A stretch of 64,000 bases of DNA, from contig NC_068995.1 of assembly GCF_001194135.2 (NCBI RefSeq), forward strand, positions 13,838,333 to 13,902,332. The letters run 5' to 3'. Source of the DNA: Octopus bimaculoides (taxonomy: Eukaryota). The position numbers were made by a program, and so were the translations under genes. The notes beneath the pieces were generated by a model that searched no databases, had not been told where the DNA came from, and saw only the letters and a program-made list of their open reading frames with translations. Below, one piece after another: positions 24,297-37,345 of this stretch; positions within the stretch are counted from its first letter, which is position 1, and every line of letters starts with the position of its first letter.

Positions 24297-26914
24297 CATG
24301 AGCACTTTTCTGCTAAAATTAGTAAAGGAAATGACTACAAATTAGAAGAATTGAACATTGGAATAATTAAAATTTTAGGATGTAGTTAGAAATTATTAGC
24401 TTATAGGAATTTGATAGCTAGTTTCAGGTGAAAGCTTTCAGTTTAATATAGCTTCCTTCAGCATTATTAATATTATAGCTGCATACCTGTGCTGTAGAAA
24501 TTTGCTTGCTTCAAACAATCTATTCTACGTGTAAAATTTTGGTTACTTGAGACTGTGCTTAAAATCGATCACTAAGAAATGAGAGCTGAAGCACTTTAGG
24601 GGTGAAATCTCGCTTTTTTAATGTAAACTGATACAAAAGGTTAAGCGGCATAAATTCTTACACCTTTTCATTTTAACTGATGTTGTTTCTCTGCTCTTCA
24701 CACATTCCTTTACTGACATCCAGAATGATTGCACTCTATTTATTGTGCAAGCTATTTATAAACCTTCAGCTGTGTACAGAGTGCACAATCTTTGATGTCT
24801 GCAAAAAAATAAAAAAAATAAAAACATAAGGTATTTCTTGATTAGTAACGCTCTTTCATATTGTAGCTTTTACCCCTTCCCCCATTTTTTTTAAAATCTC
24901 AAATTTTTTTTCAAGAATTTTGGAATCCATAAAAATGAATGTTGTAAGTGCTATTTTCCACTGTCATTTGTATTGACATAAGCATTTAAAGTATAGTAGG
25001 CTTACCTCGTAGCAGTTGTTATATTATCCAAACAATAATTGGTATATAGTTGTTGTGTAGTAGCATCTCCAAACAAGATACATGACTCTACTTTGCTTCA
25101 GTCTGTGTGGACATTGAATGAGTTTGACCTGTACTTCACTGTTGTGTAATTGGTTATAGGAAGGGCATCTGACTGCAAAAGGTGTGTGTATGTGTGTGAA
25201 AATGTATCTGTCTGTGCTTGAAAAAAAGGAAAATTATCCACCATGATATCAGAATTGAACTAGAATCCAGAGACTGAAAATTATACATATAGTGTGTTAA
25301 GGAAAGTCAGGAATGTCTTCAGCATTCATGCCATTATTTCTCTTTACTAAGGTGGCGAACAGGTAGAATCATTAGCATACTGGCCAAAATGCTTAATAGC
25401 ATTTTGTGTCTTTACATTCCGAGTTCAAATGCTGCTGAGGTCAACTTTGCCTTTCATCTTTTTGGAGTCATAAAATAAGTACCAGTTGAGCACTAGAGTT
25501 GATTGTAATCAACTTATCCCATCACACAAAGGGCATAGTAGAAGAAACTTGCCCATGGTGCTGTGTTGTGGGATTGAACCAAAAACCAGGTGATTGCAAA
25601 GTGAGCTTCTTAATTATACAAATCAAATCACATGGGTGAGGCACGAACTAGTTGCAGATGCATTAGATTTGAAAACAATCTCAACACTCAATGTGTTGCT
25701 ATGGATGTTTATGATTTCTATTGTAGAGACATAGTTTTGTAGTCGTGATATTAAGATGTCAATAAAAAGTTGTCGGTTCGAATATGAACAGGCCTTGTGT
25801 TTCTTGTCCGCTTCATATATGTACCCTTTTGTATTAAAACATATCCTGCTTTATTTAAAATGTAAGCATGTGGCATCCTTTCATTTTTAGTTTGAACAAT
25901 AAGCTTATATATGCATTTAACTCATAAAAATGTAACCCGTGTGTGTGTAAATATATATTAGTGATGAAAGTTTCTGCATTGTGAGAAAAAGTATTATGTG
26001 ATGATACATGGTATAAATCTAGTTTATACATGTCAACCTGTGTATATCCTTATGTGTATATCTTTACATGTGTATGTTTGTGTGTCTGTGTATATATGCA
26101 TGTATATGTATATTATATATAAGTAACAGTTTGTAAATATCAATCAATGTTGAGATTAAGTCTGAAATCATAACACAAAACTGCACATATCCACAAACAT
26201 CAAAGGCAGTGTTTACTGGAGGTTTAAATTTGATTAAAAGGTGGACTAACACCACAAAATATCAACTTGAAAGTTGCAGGATTTTGTAGTTGTTGAAGAC
26301 ATCTTTTGCTGAAGCATTCTCTTGTTTTTGTCTATTTTAATTTATTTTTATTGTTGAATAACAGTTATGTTTTGTGATAGTAATTTATTATTCAGATCAG
26401 TGTTGCTTACCAATCCTTCATAAGTTGTGACTTAAAGCAGTCAGTACTTCTCGTTGTTTATGTAAGAGCTCAGCCAGCACCCTTCCCTGCTGCCAACACT
26501 CCTGTCCTGCAGTTTAAGCACAATGATACAATTTGTTCTGTTGGCATTAGTAACTTTTATCGAAGAAACTAAGAAATTCAATGCAAGATAATGATGCAGT
26601 GAGCAATCTTAACTAATATTTGTATATGTGTAGGTGTATATATTTGTGTACATGTATACACACACAAACATACATACACACGCGTGTATGTATGCATATA
26701 TATATATATATGTGCATACACACATGTACATGTGTGTATGTGTATAGTTATGTATATGCACAAACACACAGACAATGCCTAGCTTTTTCTTTAGCCATAT
26801 TGACAGTTTACTGAGGATTGTTGTGTACATATCTCTTCTGGACACTAGCATGAAACCGTGGTACAGACATAATTGTAGGCACTACTCTGTGTGTGTGTTT
26901 TATCTTGTTTCACT

Positions 26915-27200
26915 CATTGGACTACAGCCATGCTGGGCCACTGCCTTGAAGCGTGTAGTCAAATCAATCCCAGTGCTTATTTTTTAAACCTGGCTCTTAT
27001 TCTATTGGTCTTTTTTTTGCTAAACCACTAAGTTATAGAGACGTAGACAAATCAACATCAGTTGTCAATCAGTGTTGGGAGGAAAAACAAAGTTACCATT
27101 TACCAAGTCCACTCACAAGGAATTTGTCAGCCTGAGGCTATAGCAGAAGACACTTGCCCAAGGTGCCATGCAATGGGACTGAATCTGGAACCATGGCTGT
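26915..27200 (-). mobile_element. SINE family A copy
   Basis: ccatgctgggccactgcc...ccactcacaagg...agaagacacttgcccaaggtgcca. Confidence 0.7.
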
Positions 27201-27236
<36 letters not shown>

Positions 27237-28159
27237 TCTCTCCCTAGAAGACAGACAGTAGCCAGGTGTAGTCTTCTGCTTGGCCAGCTCCTGTCAAAAT
27301 ATCCAACCCATGCCAGCATGGAAAATGGACGTTAAATTATGATGATAATATATGTGTGAGAGAAAATTAATACATACTATTTGCACTATAAGACTAATTG
27401 TTATAGCAGTGGTTTAATTTTCTGAATTCCTTGTTACAATTCTGGTACTCAATCATTTAAGCAACTCCAGGGAAATGAAAAGCAAAATAATTGTGGCAGG
27501 ATTTGAACTTGCAACTTCCCAATATGAAATAAAATAATCTACATTGGATTAAATTTCTTTGGAAGTACATTTTAGTAATTCCTAAGGTGGCTGTTGTTTT
27601 TCAACATTCTCTGACAGAATAAGACCTATTAATGATGAAAGATGTTAAACCAGGAACATTTCATTTTTGTTTCAAGCATTGCTTATGTAGGACTACAACA
27701 TCTGTTGCGTCTTGTTTTTTTCAAGACTGGCAAATATCATTTGAAAGAGGTTTTGCCTCTTATTTCTCGTAAGTTGGGAAACCACCTAGAGGCACCCTCA
27801 TTGATTTGTTTGCATGGTTTGATCAGTGGTTCTCAACCATTTTTTTTTTTTTTTGGTCTATGAACTCCTTTGATTCCTATTACACTCTACTGGACTTCCA
27901 TAACCATTCGATGTATATTTAAGGAAGAAAAAAAAAAAAAACACCTTCTGTATTTTTGTCATTAAATATTATTAGGAATTGTATAAAATTAGAATATTTT
28001 ATTCTTTTACTTGTTTCAGTCATTTGACTGTGGCCATGCTGGGTTTTTTGTTGAAGAAATCAACTGCTGGACTGATTCTTTGTAAACCTTAGTACTTATT
28101 CTATCTGTCTCTTTTGTCATATGGACCCTGGTTGACAATGCTACCTAAGCTGTCCTTAG

Positions 28160-28369
28160 CCCTTTACCATTCAGATTATTCTGTTAAGTGTAGTGCTTAC
28201 TTAGTCACATTGCTTCAGATTAATTAAGATTTATCCTGTAGTTTCAAGATTTTGTTGATGTGAAAGCTTATATTTAGAATGATATTGTAGGTTAAGTATG
28301 AAGGGCCAGATGTGGCCACTTTGGACATGAAGCATGTAGAATATTTTGCCCAGATTAAATGCTAAAAGC
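28160..28369 (-). mobile_element. piggyBac-type MITE, third copy
   Basis: TTAG|CCCTTTACCATTCAGA...AATGCTAAAAGC|TTAA; interior similar to 33678-33894. Confidence 0.7.
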
Positions 28370-28386
28370 TTAAAGCCAATGAAGAA

Positions 28387-28760
28387 TACTCTTTTACTCT
28401 TTTACTTGTTTCAGTCATTTGACTGCGGCCATGCTGGAGCACCACCTTTAGTTGAGCAAATCGACCCCAGGATTTATTCTTTGGAAGCCTAGTACTTATT
28501 CTATCGGTCTCTTTTGCTGAACCGCTAAGTTACGGGGACGTAAACACACCAGCATCAGTTGTCAAGCAATGTTGCGGGGGACAAACACAGACACACATAC
28601 ATATATATGACAGGCTTCTTTCAATTTCAGTCTACCAAATCCACTCGCAAGGCTTTGGTCGGCCTGAGGCTATAGTAGAAGACACTTGCCCAAGTTGCCA
28701 CGCAGTGGGAATGAACCCAGAACCATGTGGTTGGTAAGCAAGCTACTTACCACACAGCCA
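28387..28760 (-). mobile_element. SINE family A, full-length young copy
   Basis: Reverse complement aligns along its whole length with 2492-2868; CpGs retained. Confidence 0.85.
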
Positions 28761-31007
28761 AAAGCATTCTTTTGTAATTTGCATGTAGTTTAATTTTGGA
28801 GCTGGTGAAGTTATTACCTCCAGGCCAGCTTTTTATGTGCGGTGCGATTAGGCACCAGGCAAGGCTCTTCATATAAATACATGACCACTGTTTTAATGAC
28901 CTACTAAAGCTGAGATGAAATATCTTAGTTCTATTGTTCTCTATTAGATCCAGATGTAAAGCCCTGTGCCAAAGTTCTGTCTGTCTTTATCTTTCTTTCT
29001 ACAGCCACTATTTGAACAGACTAGACTAGACACTAGTTACGAGAATCTAATTAAAGTGAGCATCAGTGCATACAAACTATTTTCTGTTTCTTGTGTTTCT
29101 TCGTTCTGCCTTACTGACTGTGGTGATTGCAACAGCGGTAGCAGCAGCAATGGCAACAGTTGTAGCAACACAAAGACTTGTTGTTCTGTAGCTGACTGTG
29201 AAATAAAAATACCTGAGCAGTAAGGTACTAAGTAAACGAAGACTGGCAAGGTCTGGGGACAGCCAAAGACGTTCTCTTGGGGCCTGGTGGCTCTGTTGCA
29301 TCTTCCTGGCCATGTTGTTTCTGCTGCTGACATGTAGAAAAATTCTGTATCTGTTTTTCGTTAGGACATCAGGGCTCCCTCTTGTTATCTAAACTCCTCA
29401 TGCAAACATAAGGATTGTTAAGTAAACTGTAGTTTCAAAGGAAACGAGTCCAACATAAAGTAGTGTGTTTTATTTTTATATTAGAAAACATCTTCTATCA
29501 TGTTTCTCTGACAATTGCTGAGCTGAAACCTAATATAAAGACTGATATTGATAAGATAAAAATAGGAATGCATTGAAAATTGTTTGGAATTTTATCTACA
29601 TAGATATTCACCAGTTTTTTTTTTTTTTTCATTTTATTTCATTTTATTTATTTATTTATTTATTTATTATTATTATTTTTTTGCNNNNNNNNNNTTATTT
29701 TTTTGCCGTATTATGCTTAGTTGCTTATTTTATTGGGAATGTTTTAAACGCACAGAACAATTAATGTTATGCTGCAATATCGTAAAAAATACTCCTTCAA
29801 AAGGATTAAAGCAATGTAATATTTTTGATAAAAATATTATGAAATGTTTTTTTTTTCCTCACCTTTTTGTATTTTCTCTCCACTTTGTCAAATGGAAAGT
29901 TGTTTATTAAGAATATCTTATGTTTAATTGGTTGCTTCTCAGCTTCATACTACTCTCCACTGGTTGTAATAAGCCAACAAGAGTGCCTTGTATGGTTGGT
30001 TGTTCTGTTAGAAATAGCATGCAAAATCCCTCTTGTAGGTGCAGGCATGGCTGTGTAGTTAAGAAGCTTGCTTTGCTACCATATGATTTTGGGGTCAGTC
30101 CCACTCTGTGGCACCTTGAACAAGTGTCTTCTATAGCCCTGGGCCAACTAGTCACTTGTAAGTGAATGTAGACAGAAACCGTGTGTGTGTCTGTGTGTCC
30201 ATCACCACTTGACAACCAGTGTTGTTTGTTTACATCCTCATAACTTGGTGGTTCAGTGAAAGGTAGTGGATAATTAAGCAGCAACAACACTAGCTATTCT
30301 GTATTGTTAAGTATCCTCTTACATCTTTGAAAGAGTCAGCAGGACATTGAACCTACCGATTCTGCTGTTTTTAGAATCTCTTTCAGAATCTCCTTGGGAA
30401 GAATTCACAAGATTGATGATTTCTAAATGAACTAATAATTAGCACCAGACTTTAACAGAACAGTAGATAATTATGGCAAAATTGTTAAAGCATTAGACAA
30501 AAATGCCTTGTGATGTTTGTTCTGGGTCTTTACGTTCTGAGTTCAAATTCCACTGACATTAATTCTGTGAATGATAATTTTAAAAAAAATTTTTTGTTAG
30601 GTCAGTAAAGTACCTGTCAAGTACTGGGGTTGATTTAATCAGCTGACCCCTTCCCTCAAATTTGTTAGAATTTATTATGTACCTGTTTCTTACAGTTGTG
30701 AGTTGTACCTGTTTGCAGTGTCTATTCACTGCTTAATGGCCTGAGCCAGCAAGTACTGAGTATCTTGGCTCTATAGGTACAACGTAATACTGATGACAAG
30801 TTCTAGGGGTTGATATCTTGTGTAGTTGTACAAGACTCTTATTAACTAACTTAACATGGTTCCTGTAGAATGTTGTTTTTGAACTTTGACCGCAGTGTTC
30901 AAATGTAATAGTTTTAAACCAGGTGAGGCAGTGGGAACGGAACCTCTATGCTGTTGCTCAGCCTTGAAATTGATCTCATTTTTACATCTTCATTTTATAA
31001 TGAAGTG

Positions 31008-31255
31008 CAGTGGTTCTCAACTGGGGTCCACATGGGCTCTGGGGGATCCATATGAGATTTTGTTGTTAAAAGTTATGTGCAATAAAATTGGTTATACTTC
31101 TACAATATACCAAATATTTTAGCAATTTTTTTTTTTAATAGAGTTCCAAATAATATGTAATTATAAAAATACAATAGGACTTTTTAAACATCAAATGGCT
31201 GAGTAAAAGACGAATCAAAGGAGTCTATAAGGAAAAATATGGTTGCGAAACATTG
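31008..31255 (+). mobile_element. hAT-like MITE, second family (CAGTGGTTCTCAAC termini)
   Basis: 5' cagtggttctcaactggggtcc, degenerate 3' ggttgcgaaacattg. Homologs at 27824-28146(-), 44898-45068(+), ~63100-63237(+). Confidence 0.7.
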
Positions 31256-32286
31256 CATCTTCATTTTATAATGAAGTGCAGTGGTCCACATGGCCTCTGG
31301 GGATCCATACAAGATTTTGTTAAAAGTTATGTCTAATATTCCTAGAATACCTTTGGTTGTAGGTCTGCTTGGTTAATGTTGGTATGGTGCTAAAACATAT
31401 CAATAGAAATTCTTTTTTTTTTCTTTTTATTTTTTTATTATTTCTCTCCAGCAAATATTTTCCCCTGTATATTTTGCTCAAATTACACTGGCTTTTCATC
31501 TCTAATCCAAAGTCAACAAAATAAGGTTCAAAAAAATAATTAACTGGAGTCATTTCTGTTGACTCTCTCTTTCCTCTATAAAATTTCTGGCCCGGTGCCA
31601 ATGCAAGAAATGGTTATTTAGGTTTACTGTTAACAGATTAAAAGAAGCTAATTCATGTCTAAATACGATTGCTCCAATCAGGTAAATAAAACATATTGGA
31701 TATGACTGAATCTATGTAATTTGCTGTTGCTACAGGACTTGTTAAAACCCTATTGTATAATAACGAAGCAGTGAGAATAATTGCTACCGCAATACTTGTA
31801 GAGCCAAATAGCCAGTAATTTTCCTAAAGTACTTGTAAACTTTGATTGGTTGGCAAAAGTGTATCATTCGTTAAGCTAAACAATACCTGTTGGCTAGCTT
31901 CCCTCCTTTTGATTATATTTCTCTTACAGACTTTGGCAAACCATGACATCAAATACTTCCAATTGTCATATTTAATGGGTTTTTTTTTTTTGTTTTTGAA
32001 ACTGTTACCTTACTTACCTGACAAGTGATTTATGGTGTAAAACTGGTTATGATATAGGAGGATGTACTGGTTATAATTTCAGTTATTTAGTCTTAACTTG
32101 AGACAGTTAAGGAACTTTTTTTTCTTGTTTGTTTTGTCTGGGAATCAAATGATCTGCCAAAAAAATTAGGTATTGACTTTCCTCTTTGGTATATGATATT
32201 AAACTATTTTCCTTGATGACAAAGGCCATCACTAAACTCCTTGAAAATTAGTGATTGCTTTAAACTTTTATGTCAATCCTTTAACC

Positions 32287-32584
32287 CAGGGGTTTTCAAA
32301 CTGTGGTCCGCGGACCACAGGGGGTCCGCAAGGACAAGACAGGGGGTCCGTGGACAGCAAATACTTTTTATGGGCAATTTGATTTTAAATATGTTTTTTA
32401 ATTGAAATCTTTTAATTGACAATAAACCTATTTGTTAAATACTGTTAAATAAATAAATGTAAAAATATATGCTATTTTAAGCAAATATTTATGTATAAAT
32501 TTCATAAGCGTTCAATAAGAGGGTCCCTAAGGTAAAGCCTGAAATATAAAGGGGTCCACAAGTCAAAAAGTTTGAAAACCCCTG
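32287..32584. mobile_element. Intact non-autonomous hAT-superfamily MITE, 298 bp
   Basis: Perfect 16-bp TIRs CAGGGGTTTTCAAACT (32287-32302 / 32569-32584), perfect 8-bp TSD CTTTAACC (32279-32286 / 32585-32592), repeated subterminal GGG(G)TCC motifs. Confidence 0.93.
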
Positions 32585-33349
32585 CTTTAACCTGTATATT
32601 ATCAACTCCTTCAAATCACTATTATATGTTGATGTTATTTAGCTTTAGGCCGGTTCTGATCAAGCTGATCTACAGTCAATAGTATTCCAAATGTGACCAT
32701 CTTATTTTTTTTCTTCACATTCCTCTTACCTCTTTAAGATGACAAGGTGTAACTTGTGGGAAATTTGGCTGCTATTTCTTAATAGGTTGAGCAACTGCTT
32801 ATAAGCTGCTTTGTTGGGTTGTATTTTGTTTAGGGAGAATGTGTTTTAACTTTGTCACTGTAGATTGTCTGGTTTCAGTTAAATTTAGATATAATAAAGA
32901 TTTTATAGTTATAGCATAAAATCATAAAATATGTAACCCCCCCACCAACGCACTATAAATCTAGATTTTGGAGTGATTTAGTAAAATAGCTGTAAATTTA
33001 TATATATATTTTTTATATGGGAGTATATTATGTTGGTGCTGATAATTTAACAGTATCATTGCTATTACAAGATTCTGATGGTGGTTTTAAATTTAACTAT
33101 AAACATATTACTGTCTGGCAGCTTGGTATTAAAATGGTGAAGTTTTGAATTTCTAGGACAACATAGAAAAAGTCACAGTCTGAAATAGTGAAAGAAATGA
33201 GTAGAACTAACATATTGGTTGAGGTATGTGACTCTTGCACCAGACAATTTAAAAGAAATCTACATAAGAGGATTTAAAAAGAGTCAAACTTCAGATACAA
33301 ATAACAGATTGTCATGCCATGTGCTGTAATGTCTGTTTGTCGTGTTTAA

Positions 33350-33537
33350 CCCTTTAGCATTTAAATTTGCCACATTTAGACTAAATATTCTGTTTCAAAC
33401 TGGCCAGATCCACCATCTCATACCTACCCTGCAATGTCATTCTAAAAATCTACAATACAATTGAAATGCATGATTAATTCAAAATAATGTGAATAAATAA
33501 GCATTATGTTTGACAGAATAATTTGAATGCTAAAAGG
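33350..33537 (+). mobile_element. piggyBac-type MITE
   Basis: TTAA|CCCTTTAGCATT...AATGCTAAAAGG|TTAA; TTAA at 33346-33349 and 33538-33541. Confidence 0.8.
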
Positions 33538-33677
33538 TTAAAAGATGGACACTAAAAAAAGTCTTACAATATTGATTGGATGGGGCCTACACAAAATTAA
33601 TATGAAGTAAATATGAAACCCTGAACTCTATGGCCATTTACCTCTCTTAACAATCCCATTATGACAATGAAGATTAA

Positions 33678-33894
33678 CCCTGCAGCATTCAGATTTGTCT
33701 GTCAGATGTAATGCTTAGGTATTCATGTTCTGAATTAATCATGTATGTCTTGTAATTTCAAGATTTCAATGATTTGATTGTATATTGTTTTGAATGACAT
33801 TGTAGGAGAGATGTGAGAAGTCAGATCTAGCCAGTTTGAACATAAAGCAGGTAGAATATTTGGGCTGGATATGACCAGTTTAAATGTTAAAGGG
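33678..33894 (-). mobile_element. piggyBac-type MITE, same family, opposite orientation
   Basis: TTAA|CCCTGCAGCATTC...AATGTTAAAGGG|TGAA; interior is the reverse complement of 33350-33537. Confidence 0.75.
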
Positions 33895-36800
33895 TGAAGG
33901 TTTTTTGGTCACTGTTGTTAACAGAACCTTGACTACAGCTGAAAATTAACACAGTAGTGCCCAAGTTTTTTTTCTTTAATTTATTACTAAAATTTTTTTT
34001 AAAGAGTATGCTATATTTAAGCAAAATTACTTTCAAAGATTTTCTTGACTTTATCGGACAGTTAGAACAATTATTTATACTATATACAAATATGGATTGG
34101 ATATAAGTACTTCTTACCAAAGAATTTTTGATTGAATAATAGATGAAACTGGGTGTATTCTTTCCCTTGAGATTTTCACACTGTACTGAAAACTAAGACA
34201 TCAGTGGTGCCAGTATACATCAGACAATCCAATCTTGATGACTAACTAAAGATATCTCAGAAAAATACAGGTGTTGCAGAAATATGATGGATTATCATTC
34301 TGGTCCTAAAAAAAAAGGATCATGGGTGCTAATGGGTTTTTAAAAAATTTCACTTTATGTGCAAAATACTGATATAAAGTTTGAAAAATTTGCCTGCTGC
34401 TAGAACGATCGTGCTTATTCAACATCACTTGTTGGAAGCATTGTAAAAGAAGAAAAGATATTTGTCATTCCTTTGTCACATTCTCCGTAAAATGTGCGAC
34501 TCATTTGGAAATCATGTTAGAGCTATAGTTGATCTGAAGTGGGTGTTATAAGATTCAAACGCTTGATGGCTTGATACTCCCTAGCTGCTTGCATTCTTTA
34601 ACCAGAGTTTTCAACCACATGCATTTATGAATAGACATTCATTTATGCATATGTACATTTGTATATGCATGTGTACGCATAACATTATATCACATATAAC
34701 ATTGACATTAAAATGGCTTGTAGTTGTTGTTGCTGTATAGTCCCAGGTTAGTTTGGATCAAGCAAACCTAAATAAATAAGCATTAGTCTGAATATGTATT
34801 GTTTTTCCTGTTCAATCTATTTCTGTATATATTGTGTTTAACCCCAGGTCATATTTAAATGTCAGTTATGATCAAAAGTATTCCAGCTATGACTATTTTT
34901 TTTAGCCATTATCTATTGTAACTATTTTTCTTAAGTTGGTAGGGTGTGATTTGAAGTATATTTGACTGCTATTTCTAGCTGTGATCACTTGATCAATTAG
35001 ACCTGGCAAGCAAACTTCAAAATTTTACCATACTGATTTAACTTGTGTGTGGCATAGTAACCTGAAGAGAGTGTAGGAAATGCATGACAGCCACAGTTCC
35101 TCTGAATAAAGTCACTCGATCCACTAGAGCTAGCAAACAAACTTTGGAATTCTACTATAAATACATATGTTGGATAGTTTGTTTTATTATCAATATTGAT
35201 ATGAGTGTTCCTTTTAAAGGTCAATAAAACAGTAACTTAGTGGTTTAAAAATATAACACAATGTGTTAGGGAATGTTATAAACCTTCTTATTACCTACTT
35301 TAACTAATGTTGTTTGTTTTGGTATGATCACAGTTAACTTAACATATAAAACTTGTGTTAAAAATTCTTAATTTTTACAACTAAATAAATATTAATGTTG
35401 GTGAAGGAGTTTGGTTCTCAACCACTTGGTTTCAGGTTCAGTTCCACTGTATGGTATCGAGTGCAAGTGTCTTCTACCATAGCTCTGGGTTGACCAAAGC
35501 CTTGTGAGTGGATTTGGAGGTGAAAGCTGAAAGAAGCCTGCCATGTGTGTGTGTGTCTTTGTCTTGACATCACATAATTGTCGTAAATGAATGTCATTCA
35601 TTTCCAATATGTTGCAAAAACATGTCTGGCCATGGGGAAATATTACCTTGCTTTGAGACAAGAATGGCATTGGCTGTAGGGGGTCTGCCTCAGTATATCT
35701 ATCTAGCCCATGTAAACATGGAAAAGTGGCCATTAAAACAATGATGGAGGTATCTGTAGTCTTAATCTGAATCTGTAATATAACTCTTTTATTTCACTCG
35801 GCCATGCTTAAAAGACAGTTGTTGTAAATTATTGGAGCAAATGTCAATGTTTCTACAGCTACTTGTTAACATATTTTATGTAAAAGAATCTAAATAGAAA
35901 TAATTATGTAGTGAGGAAAAAGATATTAGCCAACAACTACCATATTTACTTGTGTATAAATCTCCCCTTGAATTTAGCATTAAATCTTGGTGCGAAACTT
36001 TTTCATTTCATTGTTTTAGCTTTGCCCCATGTATAGGTCACACCCTAGGTTTTCTTTTCTGTTAAAATCAAGTATAAAATACTGTGACTTATTCACAAGT
36101 AAATATGGTAATATTATTTTAATTAAAATCACCATCTGTATATCATAGTAAATGTATATGCATCATTAGAAAGCACAGTACTGTGGAATTGTTTGAGATG
36201 GTAAAATCTCTTATAAACATTGCTGAAGTGATTCACAAGTGTAGCAGACACATTTCACCTTTGTTGAGGTTTGTCAATACCTTGCATTCAAATGTCAACT
36301 ACGTCAACGAAATTCAGAAGTTTGCTGGACTGTATAATTAATATAATTATTTTAGCAAGCACAGGAGACAGCTCCAGGCATGTTTTTTGTCTTATGATGT
36401 CATCAGTAAAGCACAGACTTCATTGTACCTAGTGATGGAAAACTTATTTATAGAGTAACTGAAATGACATCTTTTATTTACCCTCATCACAACTAGATTA
36501 TATTCTTAGCCAGCTACTCATCTAAGTCTAGCTAAGATAGGCTTGTACAAATAGACTATAGTAGGACTTACTGGTCTTGTATGTTTCCCAACCTATTAAC
36601 CATGCAAGTTAGCTACTCTACATCTACTATTCTTTGTTTAGATGTAAAGATTCATATTGGCTTGAGTTCACATGTTGATTGCATACATTTGTAATAAATA
36701 TTTTTTATCATGATATATTGTATCTAATGTATTCCCCACCCCTGCTACTTGAGTATCCAATTTTACAAAGTAAACCAAATCTTATTAAAAGTTGTGTGTT

Positions 36801-36974
36801 GAGCATTTTTAATGCCCCGAGATGTAAACATTTTTGTTATTAAATGCCAAGTATTTACTTTACCTCATTACCACTCCCGATTATGTAAGTTTACATGGAG
36901 TTTTAAAGACCAGCTGTTTTATTTGTGTTAATAGGAATTCTAATTTAAGATTTAGGTTAAAAAAATGTAAATAA

Positions 36975-37312
36975 ATATTGGTTTCAAATTTGGTGCAAGG
37001 CCAGCAGTTTCAGTGGAAAGGCAGGGTCAATTACATTGACCCTGAAAGAATGAAAGGCAAAGTTGACCTTGGCAGAATTTGAACTCTGCACACCAGGCTA
37101 GACGCTTAGCAGCATTTTGTCCATCTTTACATTCTGACAGTTCTGCCAGCTTGCATATTAAAACATTATTATTATTATTGGTATGTCTGAGTTCAAATTC
37201 TACCTTTCATCCTTTCAGGGTTGATAAAATAAGTACCAGTTAAACACTGGGGTCAATGTAATTGACTCACCCCCTCCAACAAAATTGCTACCCTTGTGGC
37301 AAAATTTGAAAC

Positions 37313-37343
<31 letters not shown>

Positions 37344-37345
37344 TA
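36975..37345. mobile_element. SINE family B pieces in inverted arrangement (minus ~36975-37090; plus ~37100-37345)
   Basis: gaaagaatgaaaggcaaagttgaccttggcagaatttgaactc is the reverse complement of the downstream gagttcaaattc...cctttcatcctttcagg. Confidence 0.7.

Noticed and set aside
29037-29333. GC-richer segment with 78-98 aa ORFs
   Set aside because: No recognisable domain; partly (GCA)n low complexity; no convincing splice sites.
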